Assembly: GCA_047637995.1 (NCBI GenBank)
Contig: JBLJBP010000055.1
Coordinates: forward strand, 8,235-72,234
DNA length: 64,000 nucleotides
Direction: 5' to 3'
Source: Kaistella sp.
Lineage (GTDB): Bacteria; Bacteroidota; Bacteroidia; Flavobacteriales; Weeksellaceae
Numbering within the stretch: the stretch's first letter is position 1; each line of letters begins with the position of its first letter. The notes under the pieces were generated by a model that was not told where the DNA came from, searched no databases, and saw nothing but the letters and a program-made list of their open reading frames with translations. The position numbers and the translations under genes were made by a program. Below are positions 48,339 through 57,208 of this stretch, piece by piece.

Positions 48339-48986
48339 TTAAAGGAGATTATTAGTTTGAGCCCAATTTTTATAAATAGATAGTCCTTTTGCTGCACTTT
48401 TTTCTGGATGAAATTGGGTAGCAAAAATACTTTTGTATGCTACGGCAGAGCAAAATTCTATCCCGTCATAATTTGTTAAAGTTAAAATACAAGAATCATT
48501 TTCTGGCTTCACAAAATAGGAATGGATAAAATACATAAAATCATTTTCTTCTAACTCTACAAGTGGCGTATTCTCCCAGTTTTGCTGTGCTGCATAGATT
48601 TTGTTCCAAGAGATGTGTGGTACTTTCACCACTTTCCCATTGAGGTCTGCAGGGAATTTTCTAATGACACCCGGTATGAGATTTAATCCTTTTCCGGCGC
48701 CAAACTCTTCACTTTCAGAAAACAGCATCTGCTGGCCTAAACAGATTCCGAACAAAGGGGTATCATTTGCAATTTTTTCTTTAATTGCGGTTTCTAAATC
48801 TAAGTGTCGCAGGTTGCTCATCCCCTCATTGAAAGCGCCTACACCTGGCAATACCAGTGCATCTGCATTGATAATATCTACGCGTTCTGAACTGACAATA
48901 GCGTTCATGCCCACGGTATCACATGCTTGTTTCACGCTAAACAAATTTCCTAATTTGTAATCGATGATTACTACTTTCTTTTTCAT
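48339..48986 (-). CDS. hisH: Imidazole glycerol phosphate synthase-type glutaminase subunit (WbuY-like)
   Basis: Class I glutamine amidotransferase with LPGVGAF, GICLGQQ (catalytic Cys) and QFHPEKS. Confidence 0.9.
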   Translation of the reverse strand: MKKKVVIIDYKLGNLFSVKQACDTVGMNAIVSSERVDIINADALVLPGVGAFNEGMSNLRHLDLETAIKEKIANDTPLFGICLGQQMLFSESEEFGAGKGLNLIPGVIRKFPADLNGKVVKVPHISWNKIYAAQQNWENTPLVELEENDFMYFIHSYFVKPENDSCILTLTNYDGIEFCSAVAYKSIFATQFHPEKSAAKGLSIYKNWAQTNNLL

Positions 48987-48992
48987 AATCTT

Positions 48993-49838
48993 TTAAAATC
49001 TACATGCTATCTGGTTTGCCAATAGTTCTTTTTTCACTTCTGAAATGCTGCAAGGCTCGAAGGTATGGAAATTTCTTTTTTGTTTTAAAAACTCTACATT
49101 TCCTTCTAGGTCAGAACCTTTGGTTTCATTTTCTTTTATATAATCATAGTGCAGAATTGAAGAGATCATTGCGGCTTGTGCCTTTCCATTTTTCAATATT
49201 TCTGCAACATGTTTTTTATTGCCTGCCCCTCCGTGCACGATCACTGGTATATTAACAAGACTGCTTATTTTGGTAACCAACTCATCATCAAAACCCTGGC
49301 CTGTACCTTCTCTATCTACAGAGGTAATAACTATTTCGCCTGCACCTAATTCATTGACTTTTTGTGCCCATTCAAATACGTCTATCCCGGTATATTCTCT
49401 CCCGTTATCTGTATAGGCAAGGTATTTCCCATCTTGTTCTTTAATTGCTTCTATAGCTACCACAATGGTGGAAGAGCCAAACATTCTGGAAGCATCCTTG
49501 ATGAGTTGTGGGTTTTTGATCGCTGCTGTATTGAGGCAAACTTTATCTGCCCCTACTCTCAACACTTCCTTAATATCTGAAATAGACCGGAGGCCACCAC
49601 CTACTGTGATGGGGATAAATATTTTTTTTACTGTTTCTGAGATGATGTCATGTAGGCTATTTCTTTCGTATAAAGATGCTACCACATCCATAAACATCAG
49701 TTCATCTGCACCTTGTTCATAATAGTATTTTGCAAAATCTGAGGGTTTCCCTAAAACCCTTAAACCTTCTAGATGAATTCCTTTCACCAAATTGGGACCC
49801 TTTATATCTAAGCGGGGGATTATTCTTACTGTATTCAT
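48993..49838 (-). CDS. hisF: Imidazole glycerol phosphate synthase-type cyclase subunit (WbuZ-like)
   Basis: RIIPRLDIKG, TVGGGLRS, ELGAGEIVITSVDREGT, VHGGAG. Has a long C-terminal extension (281 aa). Confidence 0.9.
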   Translation of the reverse strand: MNTVRIIPRLDIKGPNLVKGIHLEGLRVLGKPSDFAKYYYEQGADELMFMDVVASLYERNSLHDIISETVKKIFIPITVGGGLRSISDIKEVLRVGADKVCLNTAAIKNPQLIKDASRMFGSSTIVVAIEAIKEQDGKYLAYTDNGREYTGIDVFEWAQKVNELGAGEIVITSVDREGTGQGFDDELVTKISSLVNIPVIVHGGAGNKKHVAEILKNGKAQAAMISSILHYDYIKENETKGSDLEGNVEFLKQKRNFHTFEPCSISEVKKELLANQIACRF

Positions 49839-49847
49839 AGTTTAGTT

Positions 49848-50597
49848 TTAGATTGCGGTCCATCCTCCATCTACCATTAGGTTGTGTCCTGTGATAAATG
49901 AAGCATCATCTGAGAGCAGAAAAGAAATAGCAGGTGCCATTTCTTGAGGGTTCCCTAATCTTTTTAGCGGAGATTTCTCACTGTATTTTTTGATGAAAGA
50001 TGGATGCTGATTTTTTTCGTCTAATACGCCACCTGGTGACACACAATTTACCCTGATGTTATATTTTCCGTTATAGGACGCTAAATACCTAGAGAAATTG
50101 ATGACACCCCCTTTGATGGCTGCGTATGCTGCGGGAGAAGTTCCGCCATATTCTTCGTAGAGGGTAAAATCATTGCCTACTACTCCATAGATGGATGCAA
50201 TATTTACGATAGAACCAGAATTTTGTTCTTTCATGATTTCTATTGTTTTCTGACAAATTAAGAATACTGCATTGAGTTGCATATCTATATTTTCAACCCA
50301 AGATTCATACGGAATATCTTCAAATTTGGCGCCCCAGTCTGCAGTTCTGGGGTAAGCCAGATTTACCAAGCCGTCTATTCTTCCATATTTTTCAAAAACT
50401 GTTTGCAAAAGCTCTTCAATAGCTTTGGGCTGGGTGATATCGTAGTTTAAAAATAATGCTGCTTCAGAATCGAATGTGTTCAGATCTACAGCAATTACTT
50501 TTGCGCCGCAGGCTGCTAAATGTTTTAGAGATGCTCTACCGATGAGCCCACCTGCTCCGGTAAGAATGATGACTTTATTTTCTAATCCTGCATACAT
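49848..50597 (-). CDS. Short-chain dehydrogenase/reductase (PtmA-like)
   Basis: LTGAGGLIGRA, NIASIYG, YAAIKGG (YxxxK). Length 249 aa. Confidence 0.8.
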   Translation of the reverse strand: MYAGLENKVIILTGAGGLIGRASLKHLAACGAKVIAVDLNTFDSEAALFLNYDITQPKAIEELLQTVFEKYGRIDGLVNLAYPRTADWGAKFEDIPYESWVENIDMQLNAVFLICQKTIEIMKEQNSGSIVNIASIYGVVGNDFTLYEEYGGTSPAAYAAIKGGVINFSRYLASYNGKYNIRVNCVSPGGVLDEKNQHPSFIKKYSEKSPLKRLGNPQEMAPAISFLLSDDASFITGHNLMVDGGWTAI

Positions 50598-51499
50598 AGT
50601 CCTAAAATAGTATTTGCGTCAGTGATCGTGTTAAATGTCTTTTTATCCCTGACAATCTTTTCTATAAAAAATCTCATTTGTTCCGTATAGGTTTCAAGAA
50701 TTTTTTGCGAAGATGCAAATATACATTTACTTTCAAATTCTATAGTATTTTTTAGAAGATTAACAAGGTAGGTTCCACTATCTGTCACAATTTCCATTGT
50801 TCTTTTGCTATCTTTCCGATAATAATTTAATACAATAGAAACCTGAAAATCAGGGTAGCTCCAAAGATAATTAGCGTAATCTATTGCAGATATTTGTAAT
50901 GAAGAAACGCTAGAAAAAAAAGATCTTGTGGCACCGGGCGGACCAAAAAGCCAATAAACATAGTCTAACTCATGAATTAAATCTATATGGACGCCGCCGC
51001 CCATTTCTTTGTTTGCACTATATATTGTTCTGAAGTCTGTTCGAGGTCTCCAATCTGGGAGAAAGGAGCCACAATAGACATTTACTTCATTAATTCTTTT
51101 ATGTGCAATCAGGGTTTTTATTTCTTTGATTGCGTCTAAAAACCTGAGGTTACATGCAATGTAAGTAGGGATTTTCTGGTTTTCTATTTCTGCAACCAGT
51201 TGTTGTGTTTCTTCAGTTATTTCTGAAAAAAGAGGTTTTTCTATGAAAAGTGGTTTATTATATTTCGCTAATGTTCTGATGGAGTTGAAGTGTTCTGATG
51301 TAGGGTTGGATATTATCACAAAATCTATACTCTGCATATCTATTTCAGAGAGGCTGAGACAACTGATGGTGCTCTCTACTTCATTTATACTGCCTTTCCC
51401 GCTGCGCAACGCATAAATTTTTGCTTGCGCATCAATTTCCAAAATTGCTGAAATATGTTTTTTTGCAATGGAACCTAGTCCTACTATGAGCACATTCAT
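50582..51499 (-). CDS. Gfo/Idh/MocA-family oxidoreductase (PtmF-like)
   Basis: MNVLIVGLGSIAKKH Rossmann N-terminus and EKP motif (LFIEKPL). Length 305 aa. Confidence 0.75.
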   Translation of the reverse strand: MNVLIVGLGSIAKKHISAILEIDAQAKIYALRSGKGSINEVESTISCLSLSEIDMQSIDFVIISNPTSEHFNSIRTLAKYNKPLFIEKPLFSEITEETQQLVAEIENQKIPTYIACNLRFLDAIKEIKTLIAHKRINEVNVYCGSFLPDWRPRTDFRTIYSANKEMGGGVHIDLIHELDYVYWLFGPPGATRSFFSSVSSLQISAIDYANYLWSYPDFQVSIVLNYYRKDSKRTMEIVTDSGTYLVNLLKNTIEFESKCIFASSQKILETYTEQMRFFIEKIVRDKKTFNTITDANTILGLCMQD

Positions 51500-51504
51500 T
51501 TCAC

Positions 51505-52233
51505 CTAATATTTAAAATCAAAATCCAGTTTTTTATTTTCAATTAAGTAAGACATCAGTTCGAAATCAATCTGATGGTCTAAATCAAAACACAAGTGTGG
51601 TACTTCATAAACAATACTTTTATCTGTGATAACAGTTTTATACTTCTGTTCAAAAAATTGTTTTTTGAAAATATAAAACGAAGCATTCATATCATATACC
51701 CGAGGTGCAGATTGACGCGTAAGAAACTCTCCTTTTTTGCAAAGCGCTACAAAACCGTCAGGCGTTTCTTCCACCATATTGAAATAGGGATTTCTATTTG
51801 CTGGGCTTACTGAAAATAAATTAAGCGCTGCACTGTTTCCAAATAGAATGTTAATAGAATTTCCTAAATCTTGGGCAGTTCTCAGCGGTGAAGTCACATC
51901 TAAATCTATCACAAAATCATAGGTAACGTTGTTTTTTGCTTCGGCAAATCTGTAAACATCTTCTATGGCATCTAATTTTCCGGCGGTATCACTGGCCAAA
52001 AATTCTGGTCTGGTATAAGACAAATCCACATTTTGAATAGCTAAAGCTGCAACAACATTTTTAATTTGGGCTGAATCTGTGGACAAAAACACATCTAAAT
52101 CATATTTTTGGCTAAGCTCTAAAGCCACCTCTAAAGAGTAAGAAATGAGCGGCTTGCCCCTGATTTCCTTTATGTTCTTACCAGGAACTCCTTTAGAACC
52201 TCCTCTTGCACAGATTGTTATAAGGCCTTTCAT
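51505..52233 (-). CDS. legF: CMP-nonulosonate synthetase (acylneuraminate cytidylyltransferase family; LegF/PtmB-like)
   Basis: ICARGGSKGVPGKNIKEIRGKPLISYS. Length 242 aa. Confidence 0.8.
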   Translation of the reverse strand: MKGLITICARGGSKGVPGKNIKEIRGKPLISYSLEVALELSQKYDLDVFLSTDSAQIKNVVAALAIQNVDLSYTRPEFLASDTAGKLDAIEDVYRFAEAKNNVTYDFVIDLDVTSPLRTAQDLGNSINILFGNSAALNLFSVSPANRNPYFNMVEETPDGFVALCKKGEFLTRQSAPRVYDMNASFYIFKKQFFEQKYKTVITDKSIVYEVPHLCFDLDHQIDFELMSYLIENKKLDFDFKY

Positions 52234-52237
52234 TTTA

Positions 52238-53290
52238 CTAAAGTTTTATGTGTTTGATGTCTTCCTGGGCTTTCTTGTAATCTTCATGTTTGCCAATATC
52301 TAACCAATATCCATTAATAGGATAGGTAATGAGTTTTAAATTCATTTCTAAAACTTTTTCCATTAGATCTGTGATGTCATAAAATTCATCGTGGGGAATC
52401 ATTCTTAGCAATTTCTTGTTCATAATATAAATTCCCGCATTAGAATAATAGGTATATCTCGGCTTTTCTTTAAGAGATTTTACCTCGGCGCCATTTTCAC
52501 CTATTTCTAGAACCGCGTAGGGCACATCCACATGATAAGATGTGGTAGCTACTGCCATATCTGCATTAGAATCCTGATAGGTTTTGAAGAAATCTGAAAA
52601 ATCTATATTGGTAAGCAAATCACTATTCATCACAATAATGTCTTCATTTTCAAAATCCGGCACCAGCAATACAGACCCAATAGTACCTAAAGGTTTTTCT
52701 TCTTTTACATATCTGATATCTACATCTTTTTGTGTGCCATCACCAAAATAATCTTCTAACTGCTCTCCTAGATAGTTGATGCTTAAATTTATTTTTTTAA
52801 TACCGAAATTAATTAATCTATCTATGTTGTACTCTATTATAGGTTTTTCTCCTACTTTCAGAAGGGGTTTGGGGGTCTTATCAGTTAGTGGTCTCAATCT
52901 TTTTCCTTCGCCACCCGCCATCAGCACTGCATCTGCTGGAATCAGGCTAGTACGAAAATTGAAATCTAAAATATCTACGATCACCAAATCCTCATCAACA
53001 ATAGGAATTATTTTTATTAAATCATTTCTAAATTTGTCTAATTGTTTAAGATCATATTGATTTAATTTAATATAAATTGGGTTAGGCTGTACAAAACTCA
53101 GAAGCTGATCTTCAAAGCCAAGTCCCTTGATGAAACCTCTGCGTAAGTCTCCATCTGTGAGCGATCCTAAGAGTTTTCGGTTTTCATCTACCACAAATAG
53201 TATAGAAGATGGTGCTATTTCGTCTAATTTAATGAGTGCATCGCGCACTGTTTTTCCGTGGTAAATGATGTGCTTTTCAACAATGTTCAT
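52238..53290 (-). CDS. ptmE: CBS-domain nucleotidyltransferase (PtmE/LgaF-like sugar-1-phosphate nucleotidyltransferase)
   Basis: N-terminal CBS pair (LGSLTDGDLRR), then MAGGEGKRLRPLTDKTPKPLL. Length 350 aa. Confidence 0.8.
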   Translation of the reverse strand: MNIVEKHIIYHGKTVRDALIKLDEIAPSSILFVVDENRKLLGSLTDGDLRRGFIKGLGFEDQLLSFVQPNPIYIKLNQYDLKQLDKFRNDLIKIIPIVDEDLVIVDILDFNFRTSLIPADAVLMAGGEGKRLRPLTDKTPKPLLKVGEKPIIEYNIDRLINFGIKKINLSINYLGEQLEDYFGDGTQKDVDIRYVKEEKPLGTIGSVLLVPDFENEDIIVMNSDLLTNIDFSDFFKTYQDSNADMAVATTSYHVDVPYAVLEIGENGAEVKSLKEKPRYTYYSNAGIYIMNKKLLRMIPHDEFYDITDLMEKVLEMNLKLITYPINGYWLDIGKHEDYKKAQEDIKHIKL

Positions 53291-54441
53291 GGCAAATTAT
53301 AAAAAGTCTTTATGGAAGATATATTTTCATTTTCCATTATTTTGTTTAATATGATTTTGGAGGCACCTAGATTATCATACGGATTCTCCAGTGACACCAG
53401 TTTATTCTGAAATTCTTGATCTTTCAGCTTTTCAAAGGCTGCTGCAATTTCATACTCGGAATTGCCGGTGTTGATAACGCTTTCTGCCTGGATTCTTCCT
53501 TTTTGTCTGTCACCGATATTTATGGTGGCTGTATTTAGAGATGGTGCTTCCACTATACCACTTGAGCTATTTCCTACAATGGCATCACAAACTTTAACCA
53601 TTGACAAAAATCTCAATGTTCCCAATGAGCTATACGCTTTTCCTAATTCCGGATATTTATTAACAAAATCGTCAATCATTTGATTGATGATTCTGCCGTC
53701 TGTATCCGCATTTGCTTTGGTAAATATAAAGAAACTATCTTTTTGAGTACGGACTACATTGAGCAGATTTTGAAATTGCTGCGCAGATGAAATGCTCCCT
53801 AAGGTTTCTGGATGAAAAGTAATCTGATAATTGTATTTTTTAAATTGAATATTAAGATCTTCTTGCAATTGGTCTTTGGTAAGAAGTGTGAGTTCACGTA
53901 TATTATCTAAGCCAATAGCCCCAACATTGTAAACATTTTCAGGACTTTCTCCCAACTGAATTACGCGTTTTCTATAGGCTTCAGTAGAAGTAAAATGCAA
54001 ATGACTAAGTTTAGTAATGGCGTGTCTTATTGCATCATCATAAGCACCTTCAGTGATTTCTCCTCCGTGCAAATGTGCGATAGGAATTTTAAAAATTGTA
54101 GCTGCCGACACAATAGCAAGCATTTCATATCGATCTCCTAATATCACAATAAGATCTGGGCTTAGTCTGGAAAAAACATCTGCTAAATTGATCATTGCCA
54201 AACCCATTGTTTTGCAGACACTTGCAGAAGTATCAGAAGACAATAGTATTTCAACTTTTTCATTGATGGGAAAACCATCATCAAGAATGGATTTGTAGGT
54301 AAGACCAAACTCAGGGGACAGGTGTGCGCCTGTAGCGATGATCTGCAGTTCTAATTGTTCCGAATCTTTTATTAACTGCATCAAAGGTTTAAGCAGACCA
54401 TATTCTGCGCGCGTTGCAGTGATGACACAAATCTTCCTCAT
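53287..54441 (-). CDS. legG: NDP-sugar hydrolysing 2-epimerase (NeuC/LegG type)
   Basis: MRKICVITATRAEYGLLKPL, LGDRYE, HLHGGE. Length 384 aa. Confidence 0.85.
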   Translation of the reverse strand: MRKICVITATRAEYGLLKPLMQLIKDSEQLELQIIATGAHLSPEFGLTYKSILDDGFPINEKVEILLSSDTSASVCKTMGLAMINLADVFSRLSPDLIVILGDRYEMLAIVSAATIFKIPIAHLHGGEITEGAYDDAIRHAITKLSHLHFTSTEAYRKRVIQLGESPENVYNVGAIGLDNIRELTLLTKDQLQEDLNIQFKKYNYQITFHPETLGSISSAQQFQNLLNVVRTQKDSFFIFTKANADTDGRIINQMIDDFVNKYPELGKAYSSLGTLRFLSMVKVCDAIVGNSSSGIVEAPSLNTATINIGDRQKGRIQAESVINTGNSEYEIAAAFEKLKDQEFQNKLVSLENPYDNLGASKIILNKIMENENISSIKTFYNLP

Positions 54442-55448
54442 AGCACTATCAAATCATCTTGTGAAAAATCTCTTTTTGCTTGATTACCTAAAACAAGATC
54501 CCAATTCATTGGAGAAATGCCGGTTCCTGGTCTTTTTACAGCTAAATTGTCTTCAGAGAATACCGTTCCTTTTTCAATATCTTTCTTTGCTACAATACTT
54601 TTCCGTGCGATTTCTATATTTTTCATTTCAGAAGCGCTTGGTTTTTTAATTCCATCACCAGAAATGGCTTGTTCAATATTTCGAATAGCAGCTACCATCT
54701 TTTTTAGTTCAGAAGGATCTAAAGAGGCGGCATGATCTGGCCCTTCCATCGTTTTGTCTAACGTGAAATGTTTTTCAATTATGGCTGCACCTAATGCAAC
54801 AGCCGCTACTGGAACTTCAATACCTAAAGTATGATCTGAATAACCTACTGCAGTACCGAATTTTTGCTGAATCGTTAGCATTGCCTTCAGGTTTACATCA
54901 GCCATTGGTGTAGGATATTCTGTATTGCAGTGAAGAATAGTAATATCTTCTTTTGTTTTATTTTCTTGTAAAAAAACGTGTATTGCTGCTTCAATATCTT
55001 CCATAGTACACATTCCGGTGGAGAGAATTACTTTGCTGAAAAGCTGGGCTGCTTTCCTTAGGTAAGGCAAATTAGTAATTTCCCCGGATGGAATTTTCAC
55101 CATATCTAAGCCTATTTCTTTGAGGTATGCTAAAGATTCTAAATCAAATGCAGTTGAAAAGAATTGAATATTTTTTAGTTTACAGTAGTCTGTTAGTTTC
55201 TGATGATCCTGATGAGAAAGTTCTAATTTCTGAAGCATCTCTAACTGTGTATCTTCTGAATTTCCGGTATTTTTAATTTGGTAGTCCGCTTTTTTGGCTG
55301 ATTTAGAAACTAAACTTTCTGCTTTGAAGGTTTGAAATTTCACATAATCTACGCCTGCTTCCACAGCGGCATCTATCAGCATAAAGGCATTTTCTAAACT
55401 CCCGTTATGGTTCACACCTGCTTCAGCAATAATTTCAACTTTTGTCAT
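54438..55448 (-). CDS. legI: Nonulosonic acid synthase (NeuB/LegI type)
   Basis: IIAEAGVNHNGS, KFQT, and a C-terminal SAF domain. Length 336 aa. Confidence 0.85.
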   Translation of the reverse strand: MTKVEIIAEAGVNHNGSLENAFMLIDAAVEAGVDYVKFQTFKAESLVSKSAKKADYQIKNTGNSEDTQLEMLQKLELSHQDHQKLTDYCKLKNIQFFSTAFDLESLAYLKEIGLDMVKIPSGEITNLPYLRKAAQLFSKVILSTGMCTMEDIEAAIHVFLQENKTKEDITILHCNTEYPTPMADVNLKAMLTIQQKFGTAVGYSDHTLGIEVPVAAVALGAAIIEKHFTLDKTMEGPDHAASLDPSELKKMVAAIRNIEQAISGDGIKKPSASEMKNIEIARKSIVAKKDIEKGTVFSEDNLAVKRPGTGISPMNWDLVLGNQAKRDFSQDDLIVL

Positions 55449-56074
55449 TTAATAAGTTTTTGTGCGGGATTTCCCACCCAGATTTCATTTTCAGGAATGT
55501 CTTTCAGTACTACACTACCAGCTCCTATGATGACGTTCCTACCTATAGATGTTCCTTGTTTGATGAAAGAGTTACCACCTACAAAAGAATTTTCGCCTAC
55601 CGTTACATTTCCTGCTAAAACAGCACCTGGTCCTATATGAACTCCATTTTCAATACTGCATTCATGCTCGATAATACTTGCGGTATTGATGATGCAATTA
55701 TTTGCAATCTGCACAAAAGCATTTATCGCAACATTAGCACCTATGAAATTTCCTACACCAAATTTCGTATAATTACTTAAAACTGAAGCAGGATGAATAA
55801 TATTTAACAATTTCTTATTTTTCTGCAAAATCAGTTGAGCGACTTTCTGCCGGATTGCGTTGTCTCCTATTCCCAGAATATAGGCATCTGCAATATTCCA
55901 GTTAAAAGCATCACTACCTTCGTCTCCTAGGTACTGAAGGTCAAAGGGATTATTTGGAGCTTGTTCTTTTTCGCAATAAAAGTTCGTGTGCAGTCCCATA
56001 AGTTTTGCTGCATCTAAAACAACAAAAGAATGGCCAGAGTAGCCAATAATTGCTATGTTAGATTTATCTGGCAC
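55445..56074 (-). CDS. legH: Amino-sugar N-acetyltransferase (PglD/NeuD/LegH type)
   Basis: N-terminal IAIIGYSGHSFVVLDAA plus C-terminal hexapeptide repeats. Length 209 aa. Confidence 0.8.
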   Translation of the reverse strand: MPDKSNIAIIGYSGHSFVVLDAAKLMGLHTNFYCEKEQAPNNPFDLQYLGDEGSDAFNWNIADAYILGIGDNAIRQKVAQLILQKNKKLLNIIHPASVLSNYTKFGVGNFIGANVAINAFVQIANNCIINTASIIEHECSIENGVHIGPGAVLAGNVTVGENSFVGGNSFIKQGTSIGRNVIIGAGSVVLKDIPENEIWVGNPAQKLIK

Positions 56075-57206
56075 TGCTGGGTATGTTTACAATTCGTTCT
56101 TCTAAGAACTCTGCATTTTTTTGTGCATCGCGTTGGCAAGAGGCATACATAGGGAGTCTGTACATGAGCGTCCAGATTGGCCTCGTCATTACTGCATTAT
56201 CATTAGTAGCCTTGAGAAAGGCATCTCTTTCTGCTCTATTTTCAAGTTCTATGCACATTAGCCAGTAGTTTGCTTTAGTTTCTGGTGTTTCCTGCCGAAA
56301 TTTTATTCCTACACCAGAGAAAAAGCTGGCATATTTTTCTGCTAATATTCTTTTGTCTGCTAAAAACTCGGTTAAGGTTTCTAACTGTGCGCAGACTAAA
56401 GCTGCATTTAGGTTTGGCATTCTAAAATTATAGCCTATTTCATCATGAAAGAACTCATAGGGATGTGGTCTTTTAGCAGTAGTAGTAAGGTATTTAGCTC
56501 TAGTACCCAATTGCAACTCATTGGTGATTATAGCGCCTCCCCCGCCACTGGTTACCACTTTATTTCCATTAAAGGAAAAACCTGATATCAGCCCAACTGT
56601 TCCGGTATGCTTTCCTTTATAGTAACTTCCCAAAGATTCTGCAGCGTCTTCCACTAAAGGTATTTGCCAATTTTCACAAATGCACATTAATTCATCTAGA
56701 TGCGCAGGAAAGCCGAAAGTATGCATGGGCATGCAAGCGGCAATACGTTTTCCGGTAGCTTTATTGTAGCAACCATTTTCTCTTAGCTCACCAAATTCTT
56801 CTAAAAATTCTTCTAAAGCTTTCGGAGAAAGCCCCATTGTATCTAAATCTACATCGATAAAAACTGGAACTGCCCTATTGTAGGAAATAGCATTAGCAGT
56901 TGCAATGAAAGTAAGGGCTTGTGTGATAACCTCGTCTCCATCTTTTACTCCAGCTAACTGAAGGGCTATTTGCAAAGATGCAGAACCGTTAACCACTGCT
57001 ACTGCTTTCTGTGCACCAGTAAACTGCTGCATCATGCTTTCAAACTGATCTACAAAAGCGCCAACAGAAGATACAAAAGTAGAATCTATGGTTTCTAACA
57101 GATATTTCTTTTCATTACCCCTAAATCTAGGCTCATGCAGAGGAATGAATTTTTCTGTGTTATAATGGTCTCTAACAAACTTGACCATCTGCTGAGTATA
57201 ATCCAT
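56064..57206 (-). CDS. legC: DegT/DnrJ/EryC1-family PLP aminotransferase (LegC type)
   Basis: DAAESLGS, and FSFNGNKVVTSGGGGAI containing the PLP lysine. Length 380 aa. Confidence 0.85.
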   Translation of the reverse strand: MDYTQQMVKFVRDHYNTEKFIPLHEPRFRGNEKKYLLETIDSTFVSSVGAFVDQFESMMQQFTGAQKAVAVVNGSASLQIALQLAGVKDGDEVITQALTFIATANAISYNRAVPVFIDVDLDTMGLSPKALEEFLEEFGELRENGCYNKATGKRIAACMPMHTFGFPAHLDELMCICENWQIPLVEDAAESLGSYYKGKHTGTVGLISGFSFNGNKVVTSGGGGAIITNELQLGTRAKYLTTTAKRPHPYEFFHDEIGYNFRMPNLNAALVCAQLETLTEFLADKRILAEKYASFFSGVGIKFRQETPETKANYWLMCIELENRAERDAFLKATNDNAVMTRPIWTLMYRLPMYASCQRDAQKNAEFLEERIVNIPSSAR

Positions 57207-57208
57207 AC

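Noticed and set aside
48339-49838. hisH/hisF as histidine biosynthesis genes
   Set aside because: No other his genes are nearby. The pair lies directly downstream of N-acetyl-sugar amidotransferases inside a polysaccharide locus, which is the WbuY/WbuZ-type context.
51505-55448. NeuA/NeuC/NeuB-like genes as a Neu5Ac (sialic acid) or pseudaminic acid pathway
   Set aside because: They are contiguous with a 4,6-dehydratase, an aminotransferase and an N-acetyltransferase, indicating a 5,7-diamino nonulosonate. A NeuC-type hydrolysing 2-epimerase and PtmE are present rather than a PseG-type hydrolase, which favours the legionaminic type.
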